The translations under genes and the position numbers were made by a program. Source: an uncultured Polaribacter sp. (GTDB lineage Bacteria > Bacteroidota > Bacteroidia > Flavobacteriales > Flavobacteriaceae). Taken from it: DNA of 64,000 bases. The number at the start of each line of letters is the position of its first letter. Position 1 is the first letter of the stretch. The notes below the pieces were generated by a model. It was given only the letters and a program-made list of their open reading frames with translations. It ran no database searches and was not told where the DNA came from. The stretch spans positions 16,690 through 80,689 of the forward strand of contig NZ_CANMUE010000008.1 of assembly GCF_947500975.1 (NCBI RefSeq), written 5' to 3'. Positions 1-9,423 of this stretch are shown here, in pieces.

Positions 1-1
1 T

Positions 2-1135
2 AAAATAGTAACTTTTAAAACTGATGATTTATCTACTCCTTATACACAAATTACTGCTGGTGCTTTACCAGACATGGTAACTTTTACTCCTGATGGAAAA
101 TATATAATTGCAGCTAATGAAGGTGAACCTAACAAAGATTACACAATAGATCCCAAAGGTTCTATTACTTTAATAGATGTAGAAACACAAGCTACAACAC
201 AAATTTATTTTGATAATTTTAATTCACAAGAAGCAGCTTTAGAAGCAAATGGTTTTAGAGTTTTTGGTCCAGGTGCAGATTTAAGTACAGATGTTGAACC
301 AGAATATATTACAGTTTCTTCAGATTCTAAAACAGCATTTATAGCCCTACAAGAAAACAATGGTATTGCCAAACTAGATATCGATTCTAAAACCATTACA
401 GATATTTATCCATTAGGAACCAAAAATTATTCTGAAATTTTTTTTGACTTAAGTGATAAAGATGATATGGCTGGAAAACTAAGCTACTGGCCTGTATTAA
501 GCTTTTATCAACCAGATGCAATTGATTATTTTGAAATTAATGGTACAGGGTATATAATTTCTGCCAATGAAGGTGATGCAAGAGATTATGATGGCTACTC
601 AGAAGAAGAGCGTGTAGAAGATTTAACATTAGATCCTACATCTTATCCTGAAGCAGCAACACTCCAGGAAACAGTCAACTTAGGTCGTTTAAAAGTAACT
701 ACTGCAAATGGTGATATTGATAATGATGGAGATATAGATCAAATTTATGGTTACGGTGCACGTTCTTTTTCTATATGGAGTACAAATGGTGTACAACTTT
801 TTGATTCTGGTAACGAATTTACCTTAAAAGGTCTTTTCGATTTTGGTAACTATCCAGAAAACAGATCAGATGATAAAGGTACAGAACCAGAAGCCGTAAC
901 AACATTTACAGAAAACAATAATACCTATGCTATTATAGGCTTAGAAAGAAGTGGAGATGTATTAATATATAACATTTCAGATATTTACAACCCTGTTTTT
1001 GTACAAAGACTAAGAAACACTTCTCCAGAAGGATTGGTTATTGTAGATGCTGCAAATAGCCCTAATGGAAAAACACTTTTAATTGTATCTAATGAGTCTT
1101 CAGATGATGGTACTTTAAATATTTACACAAAATAA
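2..1135 (+). CDS. Choice-of-anchor I / alkaline-phosphatase-associated beta-propeller protein (5' end outside window)
   Basis: Frame is open from position 2 (KIVTFKTDDL...GALPDMVTFTPDGKYIIAANEGEP); motifs DVEPEYI, ANEGDARDY, GARSFSIW and RSDDKGTEPE are typical of this family. Confidence 0.75.
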   Translation, partial: KIVTFKTDDLSTPYTQITAGALPDMVTFTPDGKYIIAANEGEPNKDYTIDPKGSITLIDVETQATTQIYFDNFNSQEAALEANGFRVFGPGADLSTDVEPEYITVSSDSKTAFIALQENNGIAKLDIDSKTITDIYPLGTKNYSEIFFDLSDKDDMAGKLSYWPVLSFYQPDAIDYFEINGTGYIISANEGDARDYDGYSEEERVEDLTLDPTSYPEAATLQETVNLGRLKVTTANGDIDNDGDIDQIYGYGARSFSIWSTNGVQLFDSGNEFTLKGLFDFGNYPENRSDDKGTEPEAVTTFTENNNTYAIIGLERSGDVLIYNISDIYNPVFVQRLRNTSPEGLVIVDAANSPNGKTLLIVSNESSDDGTLNIYTK

Positions 1136-1156
1136 AAACGTATAAAATACCTATAC

Positions 1157-1190
1157 AAAGCCAGTAAACTTATTACTGGCTTTTGTTTTT
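1157..1190 (+). terminator. Intrinsic terminator
   Basis: AAAGCCAGTAA-actta-TTACTGGCTTT followed by a T-rich tract. Confidence 0.85.
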
Positions 1191-1222
1191 TATATACTTA
1201 TCAATCTTACAAACAAAGATTG

Positions 1223-1230
1223 TACCTTTG
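1223..1230 (+). promoter_or_regulatory. Bacteroidota housekeeping promoter -7 element for der
   Basis: TACCTTTG matches TAnnTTTG, 20 bp upstream of the ATG. Confidence 0.65.
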
Positions 1231-1250
1231 CAAAAAATTATCACTCAGAA

Positions 1251-2561
1251 ATGAATAGTATTGTTGCAATTGTAGGAAGACCAAATGTTGGAAAATCAAC
1301 ACTTTTTAATAGATTGGTTCAAAGAAGAGAAGCTATTGTAGATTCTGTTAGCGGAGTTACAAGAGATAGACATTATGGAAAATCTGACTGGAATGGAAAA
1401 GAATTTTCTGTTATAGATACAGGTGGTTACGTAATTGGATCAGATGATATTTTTGAAGGTGAAATTAGAAAACAAGTAAAATTAGCTATAGAAGAAGCAG
1501 ATATTATTGTTTTTGTTGTTGATGTTGAACAAGGTATAACACCTATGGATGCTGAAGTTGCAAAACTTTTAAGAAAAGTAAAAAAACCAATATTTACAGC
1601 AGTAAATAAAGTAGACAATGCAATGCGTGATGTTGATGCTGTAGAATTCTATAATTTAGGTTTAGGTGATTATTATACAATTGCTTCTATTAATGGAAGT
1701 GGAACGGGAGATTTATTGGATGCAATTGCAGACAAAATTCCTGAACCAGAAGCTATAGATTTAGAGGCTCAAGAACTACCAAGGTTTGCAGTTGTAGGAA
1801 GGCCAAATGCTGGAAAATCTTCATTTATTAACGCTTTAATTGGAGAAGAAAGAAATATAGTTACCAATATTGCTGGCACAACAAGAGACTCTATTGATAC
1901 TAAATATAACAGATTTGGATTTGATTTTAATTTAGTAGATACTGCTGGAATCAGAAAAAAATCAAAAGTAAAAGAAGATTTAGAGTTTTATTCAGTAATG
2001 CGTGCTGTAAGAACTATTGAATATTCTGATGTAATAATCTTAGTGGTTGATGCTACTCGTGAGTTTGAAGGTCAAGATGAGAAAATATTTTGGTTGGCAG
2101 AAAAAAACAGAAAAGGTGTAGTAATTTTGGTTAATAAGTGGGATTTAATTGAAAAAGAAACCAATACAATGCGTGATTATGAAGCTAAAGTTAGAAAAAC
2201 AATAGCTCCTTTTACAGATGTACCAATTGTATTTATTTCTGCACTTACAAAACAACGTTTATTTAAAGCAATTGAAACTGCTGTTGAAGTTTTTGAAAAT
2301 CGAAAAACAAAAATTCAAACAAGTAAGTTTAACGAAACTATGTTAGAAGTCGTTAAAAACTTTCCTCCACCAGCAACAAAAGGTAAATTTGTTAAGATTA
2401 AATATTGCATGCAGTTACCAACTTTAACACCACAATTTGTATTTTTCTGTAACCTACCACAATATGTTAGAGACCCTTATAAACGTTTTGTAGAAAACAA
2501 ATTAAGAGAAATCTACAATCTTTCTGGAGTTCCTATTACCATTTATTTTAGACAAAAATAA
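1251..2561 (+). CDS. der: Ribosome biogenesis GTPase Der (EngA)
   Basis: Two tandem G domains (GRPNVGKS / DTGG / NKVD and GRPNAGKS / DTAG / NKWD) plus a KH-like C-terminus. Confidence 0.98.
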   Translation: MNSIVAIVGRPNVGKSTLFNRLVQRREAIVDSVSGVTRDRHYGKSDWNGKEFSVIDTGGYVIGSDDIFEGEIRKQVKLAIEEADIIVFVVDVEQGITPMDAEVAKLLRKVKKPIFTAVNKVDNAMRDVDAVEFYNLGLGDYYTIASINGSGTGDLLDAIADKIPEPEAIDLEAQELPRFAVVGRPNAGKSSFINALIGEERNIVTNIAGTTRDSIDTKYNRFGFDFNLVDTAGIRKKSKVKEDLEFYSVMRAVRTIEYSDVIILVVDATREFEGQDEKIFWLAEKNRKGVVILVNKWDLIEKETNTMRDYEAKVRKTIAPFTDVPIVFISALTKQRLFKAIETAVEVFENRKTKIQTSKFNETMLEVVKNFPPPATKGKFVKIKYCMQLPTLTPQFVFFCNLPQYVRDPYKRFVENKLREIYNLSGVPITIYFRQK

Positions 2562-2575
2562 AGTAGTAGATATTG

Positions 2576-2602
2576 TGTAACTTTTTATAGAATACTTCGT
2601 CT
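2576..2602 (+). promoter_or_regulatory. Putative ECF-sigma promoter upstream of the GAF protein gene
   Basis: TGTAAC-N15-TCGTCT; the same hexamers and spacing recur at 35158-35184. Confidence 0.5.
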
Positions 2603-2646
2603 AAAAAGAAAATAGCTTTCTTAAATTTTAGTCTAAAAAAATTAAT

Positions 2647-5034
2647 ATGAAAATCACTACTTCTAATTCAGTTTTGGAAAAAGATTTTCCCCTACAATTA
2701 AATATTTCTTTTGAAAAAGTATTTTTGTTATTTAAAAAGTATACCCAACAAGAATATATTAAGCACCCTTTTTATGCTTCTGCCAAAGAAATGGTAAACC
2801 TTTTTGAAAAATATCCTGAATTAAATGAAGGCTTTTCTGACTATACATTGTTAGATAAATACAAAGAACAAATTGATTTATTTCTAGAACCTTTATTTCC
2901 AGAACCTTTACAATTAAATGAAATAAAAGCTGCAAGTATACCTTTTACTTTTACTTCTTTTAAATTTACAGATCGTTTTAAGAATATTATAAATAATGCT
3001 GGTGAAGATTATGAATTAGTAGTTAGAAATTTTGAAGACGATGGTATGTATATCATGGCATGTACATTTATTTTGGGCTTTGTTTATAATTATAAAGTTG
3101 ATATAAAAAGACCATTTTATTTTGATATACCTGATAAAACATCAGGAACAATGAAATATTACAGAGCTACATTTAATGCCGATTTTTCTGAAATTACACC
3201 CACAAAAGATGCTCCCAAAATATCACCAGAAGATATTAAAGAACTTTTAAATAATTTTAATAACATAGATTTATGGAGAGAAAAATTTCCTCCTAACAGT
3301 TATATTTTTAAAGGTTTTGGGCTAATAAATTTATTTGATGTTACTGCAGAAGAAATGATTTCATCAATAAAAGCCAACCTTTTAGCTGGTGGAGATCAAT
3401 TAATTTCAAATTTACAAAACAACTTAAGAGATTTTTACAGTCTAAAAAATTTAAAATTAGGTTTTTCCCTTTTTGATAAATCTAACTCTAAAATAAACGA
3501 AACTGTTGTAAAAAATTCTAACAGTTTAATCTTAAAAAGTACTGAAGAAATTAATTGTATCACCTCTTATTTTTGTAAAGGTATAATGCAAAAAGTTTTT
3601 ACAAATCATGAAACTTTTATTATTTCTGATGTAGAAGCTTATGGTTTAGCAACTAATAAAAATCCTTTTTATAAAAACCTACATCAAAATAGTATTCAGA
3701 GTATAATTCTAATTCCTATAGAAGCTAAACAAACGGGTGATTTAGCTTTATTAGAAATAGCATCAACAAAAGCTTATGATTTAAACTCAGTAAACATCAA
3801 TAAATTAAAAGATATTATTCCGGTTTTTGATGCCGCAGTAAAAAGAACATCAGAAGAGCATCATAACATTTTAGAAGCTACAATACAAGAAAATTACACC
3901 TCTATACATAGTGCTGTAAAATGGCGTTTTTATGATGCTGCAGAAAAATATCATACTGAGCATCAAACAAATGAAAACGCAAAGCTAGATGAAATTGTTT
4001 TTAAAAATGTATATCCTTTATATGGTCAAAGTGATATTAAAGGTTCTTCATATGCCAGAAATAATGCCATTCAAGAAGATTTAACCACCCAACTTTCTTT
4101 AGGAATTGATGTTTTAAAAGACGCTTGTAACTCAGAATCTTTACCAATTTACAACGAATTAATGTTTAGAGTTGCAACTTATTTAAAAGATGTAAAAAAA
4201 GGCTTGAATGCTGGTGATGAAATAAATATACTCGAATTTTTAACACGTGAAATTTATCCAGTTTTTAATCATATTAAAGACATCAATAGTGTACTTTCAA
4301 AGAAAGTAAACATTTACATGAGTCGTTTAGATAAAGATTTAGGTGTTGTTTATGAAAAACGAAAAGAGTATGAAAAAAGTGTTGATATTTTAAATGAAAA
4401 ATTAGCAAAATTTATAGATTCAAAGCAAAAAGATGCACAAAAAATGTATCCGCATTATTTTGAAAGATATAAAACTGATGGACTAGAATTTAATATGTAC
4501 ATAGGAGAATCTATTACAAGAGAAAATTCTTTTGACCTTATTTATCTGCAAAATTTACGATTATGGCAATTGCAAGTCATGTGCGAAATGGAAAACATAG
4601 CTTATTATGAGCGCAAGAACATGAAGCAAGAATTGCGTATTGCCTCTTTAATTTTAGTTCATAGTAATCCAATGGCTATAAAATTTAGAATGGATGAAAA
4701 GCAATTTGATGTTGATGGTGCTTATAATATTAGATATGAAATTATTAAGAAAAGAATTGATAAAGCAAACATAAAAGGTACTGAAGAGCGTTTAACTCAA
4801 CCTGGTAAAATTGCAATTGTATACTCTCAAGACAAAGATGCTTTAGAATATATTAAATATATTAATTTTTTACAATCTAAAAATCAATTAGGTAAATTAG
4901 AATTCTTACAACTAGAAGATTTACAAGGTGTTGCAGGTTTAAAAGCTTTACGTGTAGAACTTATTTATCATAAAGATTTTGATGAAAAAAATACGATTAC
5001 TTTTAATGATTTAATTAAAGAAATAGAAATTTAA
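2647..5034 (+). CDS. GAF domain-containing protein with a putative cryptic class III nucleotide-cyclase C-terminal domain (795 aa)
   Basis: Central GAF-like segment (IISDVE...QSIILIPI...LALLEIAS...LNSVNINKL); C-terminal motifs YGQSDIKGSS, FERYKTDGLEF, LRIASLILVH, FDVDGAYN, QPGKIAIVYS, LQGVAGLKALRV. Confidence 0.7.
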   Translation: MKITTSNSVLEKDFPLQLNISFEKVFLLFKKYTQQEYIKHPFYASAKEMVNLFEKYPELNEGFSDYTLLDKYKEQIDLFLEPLFPEPLQLNEIKAASIPFTFTSFKFTDRFKNIINNAGEDYELVVRNFEDDGMYIMACTFILGFVYNYKVDIKRPFYFDIPDKTSGTMKYYRATFNADFSEITPTKDAPKISPEDIKELLNNFNNIDLWREKFPPNSYIFKGFGLINLFDVTAEEMISSIKANLLAGGDQLISNLQNNLRDFYSLKNLKLGFSLFDKSNSKINETVVKNSNSLILKSTEEINCITSYFCKGIMQKVFTNHETFIISDVEAYGLATNKNPFYKNLHQNSIQSIILIPIEAKQTGDLALLEIASTKAYDLNSVNINKLKDIIPVFDAAVKRTSEEHHNILEATIQENYTSIHSAVKWRFYDAAEKYHTEHQTNENAKLDEIVFKNVYPLYGQSDIKGSSYARNNAIQEDLTTQLSLGIDVLKDACNSESLPIYNELMFRVATYLKDVKKGLNAGDEINILEFLTREIYPVFNHIKDINSVLSKKVNIYMSRLDKDLGVVYEKRKEYEKSVDILNEKLAKFIDSKQKDAQKMYPHYFERYKTDGLEFNMYIGESITRENSFDLIYLQNLRLWQLQVMCEMENIAYYERKNMKQELRIASLILVHSNPMAIKFRMDEKQFDVDGAYNIRYEIIKKRIDKANIKGTEERLTQPGKIAIVYSQDKDALEYIKYINFLQSKNQLGKLEFLQLEDLQGVAGLKALRVELIYHKDFDEKNTITFNDLIKEIEI

Positions 5035-6242
5035 ACTGTTGCTCCTATTTTTTCTTGAACTTTAAATGAAATTGCAAACGCAAAAACACTTAAAATAATA
5101 CCAATCATAAAAACAGTATACGTAATTCTTAGTATTTTATATTTTCTGTTTAAAACCAAACCTAAAAAGTATAAATCTTTAGTTAAAGAGCTATATAAAT
5201 AATCTCGGTCTTGCATCATTTCTGTAATACCCCATTCAAAATCATTTAATTTCATTTGATGAAAATTACCAAAAAACAATAAATTTACTTTTTTATTAGC
5301 TACATCTTCTTTAGTAAATTTACCTTCAGTAACATTAGGTCTGGTTGCTAAAATTGATAAAATAATAGATGTTACAGTAAAAACTACAAACACTAAAGTA
5401 GGCAATATTAAGTATTCATTAGACGGATTATCTAATTTTGGTAATAAATTAGATAAAGCCAAAGAAATTATAATTGCATTTACAGATAGTAAAATATTAG
5501 CTTTTGTATCTGCAATATTACTTAAAGTCATATGGTTTTTTAAAGCTACTCTAAACATAGTTTCAACCCCTCTTTCAGGAACATCACTTTTATTCTTTTT
5601 AAAATCTAAAGCCTCTTTCTTTTGATTAAAATTTGTAAAATCTTTTTTTAATTTCTTTTTCTTTTTTAATAAGGAGGCTAAATTTTTTTCTTTTCTTTTA
5701 CTCCAATTTTTTAAAGCATATTCAGCATAATACTGATGTTTTTGTGTTAAAAAGTTAATATTTTCATCCGTCCACTCTATTTCAGTAAAAAATTTACTTT
5801 CTGTAAGTTCCCATTCTCTTCTTAATAACTCTCCATATTCATCAAAATTTTTACTGCCAAGATGAGAGCAATCTGCGTCAGTAATGATCTCTTCTAGCTT
5901 GTTTTTTGGAATATAATCCATCTTTGTTGCTAAAATTAATTGAGTAATTGTTAGAATCCTATCATCAGAAATTGACATGTTTTTTAAAAAGTCTGTAGCA
6001 ATTTCAACACTTTTTTCTTCATGATTTTCTCTACCATTTACATAACCAGTGTCATGAAACCAGGCCGCTATAACTAAATTTTCAGCTTCAATATTAGACA
6101 GCTTTAAGTTTTCTATAAATTCTTCTACTTTAGCAACAACTCTTTGTGTATGAGCTAAATTATGATATACGTAATTAGAACTTAATTGTTCACTAAATAA
6201 ATTATAAATATATTTTTCTACTTCAGATGTTATTGCAGTCAT
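5031..6242 (-). CDS. HD-domain phosphohydrolase fused to a Pycsar-effector-like (PycTM/DUF5706) transmembrane domain
   Basis: YHNLAHT...WFHDTGY...DADCSHLG (HD motifs); C-terminal RGVETMFR...IADTKANILLSVNAII plus hydrophobic helices. Start moved to ATG 6242 (MTAITSEVE) because the TTG at 6263 lies inside a promoter-like element. Confidence 0.8.
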   Translation of the reverse strand: MTAITSEVEKYIYNLFSEQLSSNYVYHNLAHTQRVVAKVEEFIENLKLSNIEAENLVIAAWFHDTGYVNGRENHEEKSVEIATDFLKNMSISDDRILTITQLILATKMDYIPKNKLEEIITDADCSHLGSKNFDEYGELLRREWELTESKFFTEIEWTDENINFLTQKHQYYAEYALKNWSKRKEKNLASLLKKKKKLKKDFTNFNQKKEALDFKKNKSDVPERGVETMFRVALKNHMTLSNIADTKANILLSVNAIIISLALSNLLPKLDNPSNEYLILPTLVFVVFTVTSIILSILATRPNVTEGKFTKEDVANKKVNLLFFGNFHQMKLNDFEWGITEMMQDRDYLYSSLTKDLYFLGLVLNRKYKILRITYTVFMIGIILSVFAFAISFKVQEKIGATV

Positions 6243-6260
6243 TAAAAAGTCTATTTTAAA

Positions 6261-6268
6261 CAAAAATA
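6261..6268 (-). promoter_or_regulatory. Housekeeping -7 element for the HD-PycTM gene
   Basis: Minus-strand TATTTTTG (TAnnTTTG) about 19 bp upstream of ATG 6242. Confidence 0.5.
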
Positions 6269-6420
6269 AGGAATAAAAATTAGCTATTTGTATTCGTATT
6301 TTGTCGTAAATTTAAATATTGCTTTCAAAGAAGTTTCAACTATTAATCTATGTAAGTTTACAGTACATTTTCGACTAATATTTTGAGCATATTAAACTAA
6401 TTATAAAAGAAAGGAACATT

Positions 6421-6882
6421 ATGCTAACATGGAAAGAAGTGATTAAATTCACATCAACAGCAAACCCAACTCCAAATAAAAGAGTGGAAAAAACAGAAAA
6501 GGAGTGGAAAGCAATTTTAACTTCTGAGCAATTTAGAATCACCAGAAAAAAAGGAACTGAAAGACCACATACTGGTGATTTATGCAGTATTTACGATGAA
6601 GGGCAATACAATTGTATATGTTGTAATACACCTTTATTTGACTCAATTATTAAGTTCAATTCTAACTCTGGCTGGCCTAGTTTTACACAACCAATCAAAG
6701 AAAATGCTATTAAATATTATAAAGACACTTCTTTTGGCATGATTAGAGTTGAAGTTATGTGTAATACTTGTGATGCACATTTAGGACACGTTTTTCCTGA
6801 TGGACCAGAACCAAGTGGTTTGCGTTATTGTATTAATTCAGAATCAATGCAATTAAAGAAAGACGTTGATAAAAATGATTAA
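6421..6882 (+). CDS. msrB: Peptide-methionine (R)-S-oxide reductase MsrB
   Basis: CICC and CNTC zinc ligands, GWPSF, HLGHVF, RYCINS catalytic motif. Confidence 0.96.
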   Translation: MLTWKEVIKFTSTANPTPNKRVEKTEKEWKAILTSEQFRITRKKGTERPHTGDLCSIYDEGQYNCICCNTPLFDSIIKFNSNSGWPSFTQPIKENAIKYYKDTSFGMIRVEVMCNTCDAHLGHVFPDGPEPSGLRYCINSESMQLKKDVDKND

Positions 6883-7112
6883 ATTATTTGGTGCAAAAAG
6901 ATGTCATAAAACACAATTCTATAAAAATTTTTATCCCCCATAATTTAGATTACGCTTTTTTAGATGTGGAAAAAAACCTAAAATATGCAGAAGAATTACG
7001 TAATTTGTACTCCAATAAAAAATTAAATTTTTCAACAATTGCAATTCACCATAAAAAGTTAAGAAACCCTTCTGAAAAAGAGCTTCAAAAATGGATAGAT
7101 AAAACATTATGA
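6875..7112 (+). pseudogene. Frameshifted glutaredoxin-like gene
   Basis: ATG 6875 overlaps the end of msrB and reads MIKLFGAKRCHKTQFYKNFYPP* (stop 6941-6943). The +1 frame continues HNLDYAFLDVEKN...NFSTI...LRNPSEKELQKW to TGA 7112, which overlaps the selO ATG. Confidence 0.65.
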
Positions 7113-8665
7113 AACTAAATATAAAAGAAACTTTTTGTGAAAAATTACCTGCTGACCCAATACTTGAAAACTCAAGAAGACAGGTTAAAAGTGCTGTTTT
7201 TTCTTATGTAAATCCTAAGAAAACAAAAGATCCAAAAGTAATTCACATTTCTAATGAAATGGCTTTAGAATTAGGAATTTCGGAAGAAGAAACACAATCT
7301 GATTTTTTTAAAAATGTGTTTACAGGAAATAAAATTTATCCTAATACAAAACCATTTGCAATGTGTTATGGAGGGCATCAATTTGGAAATTGGGCTGGGC
7401 AATTAGGTGATGGAAGAGCCATTAATTTATTTGAAGTTGAACACAAAAATAAAAATTGGAAAGTACAATTAAAAGGTGCAGGAGAAACTCCATATTCTAG
7501 AACTGCAGATGGTTTGGCCGTTTTACGTTCTTCAATTCGCGAATATTTATGTAGCGAAGCTATGTTCTATTTAGGCGTTCCAACAACTCGTGCCTTATCT
7601 TTAAGCTTAAGTGGAGATAATGTTTTAAGAGATATTTTATATGATGGAAACCCAGCATATGAAAAAGGCGCAATTGTATCAAGAATTTCTCCATCATTTT
7701 TACGTTTTGGAAATTACGAAATTTTTTCAGCAAGAAATGATGTAAAAAACTTAAAAGTATTGGTTGATTATACAATAAAACATCATTTTTCGCATTTAGA
7801 AAATTCTTCCAAAAAAACCTATCTAAAGTTTTTTAATGAAGTTTCTGAACGCACTTTAGAAATGATTATTCATTGGCAAAGAGTGGGTTTTGTACATGGA
7901 GTTATGAATACAGATAACATGTCTATCCTTGGTTTAACCATCGATTATGGACCTTATGGTTGGTTAGAAGATTTTGATTATAGCTGGACGCCAAACACAA
8001 CAGACAGACAACATAAAAGGTATCGTTTTGGAAATCAGCCAAATATTGGCTTATGGAATTTATACAAATTAGCAAATGCCTTGTATCCATTAATTGAAGA
8101 AGTAGAACCTTTAGAAGCAATTTTAGATCAATATAAAATTGACTTTCAAAAAAAATCTTTCTTGATGATGAAATCTAAATTAGGCTTGTTTGAAGAAGTT
8201 AAAAATGATTTGGAATTAATTCAAAATTTAGAAGATAATTTACAACTGGTAGAAACTGATATGACAATTTTCTTTAGAAATTTAAGTAATTTTAAAGGTG
8301 ATAAAATAGGATTTGAAATTATTAAAAAAGCTTTTTATGATGTTAAGAATATTTCTGAACAAGTAAAAATTCAATGGAATATATGGTTTAAAAATTACGC
8401 TGATAGATTACAAAAAGAATCTCTTAATCATCAACAAAGAAAAGAAAAAATGGATGCTGTAAACCCTAAATATGTGTTAAGAAATTATATGGCACAATTA
8501 GCAATTGATGCTGCAAATGAAGGTGATTATTCTTTAATTAATCAACTATTTCAGCTCTTAAAAAAACCTTATGATGAGCAACCTAAAAATGAAAAATGGT
8601 TTACAAAACGTCCTGATTGGGCTAAACACAAAGTAGGTTGTTCTATGCTAAGTTGTAGTTCTTAA
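7109..8665 (+). CDS. selO: Protein adenylyltransferase SelO (YdiU)
   Basis: [55 protein letters not shown]; C-terminal CSMLSCSS ends at TAA, so a Cys rather than Sec form. Confidence 0.96.
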   Translation: MKLNIKETFCEKLPADPILENSRRQVKSAVFSYVNPKKTKDPKVIHISNEMALELGISEEETQSDFFKNVFTGNKIYPNTKPFAMCYGGHQFGNWAGQLGDGRAINLFEVEHKNKNWKVQLKGAGETPYSRTADGLAVLRSSIREYLCSEAMFYLGVPTTRALSLSLSGDNVLRDILYDGNPAYEKGAIVSRISPSFLRFGNYEIFSARNDVKNLKVLVDYTIKHHFSHLENSSKKTYLKFFNEVSERTLEMIIHWQRVGFVHGVMNTDNMSILGLTIDYGPYGWLEDFDYSWTPNTTDRQHKRYRFGNQPNIGLWNLYKLANALYPLIEEVEPLEAILDQYKIDFQKKSFLMMKSKLGLFEEVKNDLELIQNLEDNLQLVETDMTIFFRNLSNFKGDKIGFEIIKKAFYDVKNISEQVKIQWNIWFKNYADRLQKESLNHQQRKEKMDAVNPKYVLRNYMAQLAIDAANEGDYSLINQLFQLLKKPYDEQPKNEKWFTKRPDWAKHKVGCSMLSCSS

Positions 8666-9423
8666 TGGGTATTTTAAAATACATATTAGAGATTCCTGAA
8701 AGGCATTCATTTGGAATCTACAAAAACAAAAAATATAGTATTACCAAAGAGATTTTTAACAATGGTAAATCGTTTAAAATCTTTGCAAAAGAATTAAAAG
8801 GAAATAATTTTATCAGTTTAAATTATTATATCACATCAAAAAATGAATTTTTAAAACCTTGTGAAATGCCACAAGAAAAAGTAATTCACTTTTTAAAAAA
8901 CGTACAATTAAATAAAACAACAACAATGGGTACAAGTAAAAAAGCATATATAGCAGGTGGATGTTTTTGGGGAATGGAAGATCTTTTTAGAACAAGAGAA
9001 GGAATTTTAGATACAGAAGTGGGTTATATTGGTGGAGAAAATGATAATCCTACCTATAAAAATCATCCAGGTCATGCCGAAGGAATTGAAATTACATATG
9101 ATGCTAACAAAACTTCTTTCAAAGAAATTTTAGATTACTTTTTCAGAATCCATAATCCTACAACTATTGATAGGCAAGGAAACGATATTGGAACAAGTTA
9201 CAGATCTGCAATATTTTTTCAAAATGATGATGAAAAAGCAGAGGCAAAAGAAGTAATTAACCTTGTAAATGAATCTCATAAATGGGAAGGTAAAGTTGCC
9301 ACAACTTTAGAACCTTATTCTACTTTTTGGGCAGCAGAGCCAGAACATCAAGATTATTTAGTAAGAAACCCAAATGGTTATACTTGTCATTTTGAGCGAT
9401 TTAAAAATAGCTTTTTAAAATAA
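8665..9423 (+). CDS. msrA: Peptide-methionine (S)-S-oxide reductase MsrA with an in-frame 87-aa N-terminal domain
   Basis: [33 protein letters not shown]; the MsrA core begins at internal ATG 8926; the preceding segment carries LKPCEMP. Confidence 0.9.
   Translation: MGILKYILEIPERHSFGIYKNKKYSITKEIFNNGKSFKIFAKELKGNNFISLNYYITSKNEFLKPCEMPQEKVIHFLKNVQLNKTTTMGTSKKAYIAGGCFWGMEDLFRTREGILDTEVGYIGGENDNPTYKNHPGHAEGIEITYDANKTSFKEILDYFFRIHNPTTIDRQGNDIGTSYRSAIFFQNDDEKAEAKEVINLVNESHKWEGKVATTLEPYSTFWAAEPEHQDYLVRNPNGYTCHFERFKNSFLK

Noticed and set aside
2647-6242. Calling the GAF/HD-PycTM pair a bona fide Pycsar anti-phage system
   Set aside because: Convergent orientation, extra GAF and HD domains, core-genome location and unverified cyclase activity; reported only as a hypothesis.
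8641-8665. Possible selenocysteine at the SelO C-terminus
   Set aside because: The codon is TGT (Cys) and the stop is TAA; there is no in-frame TGA.
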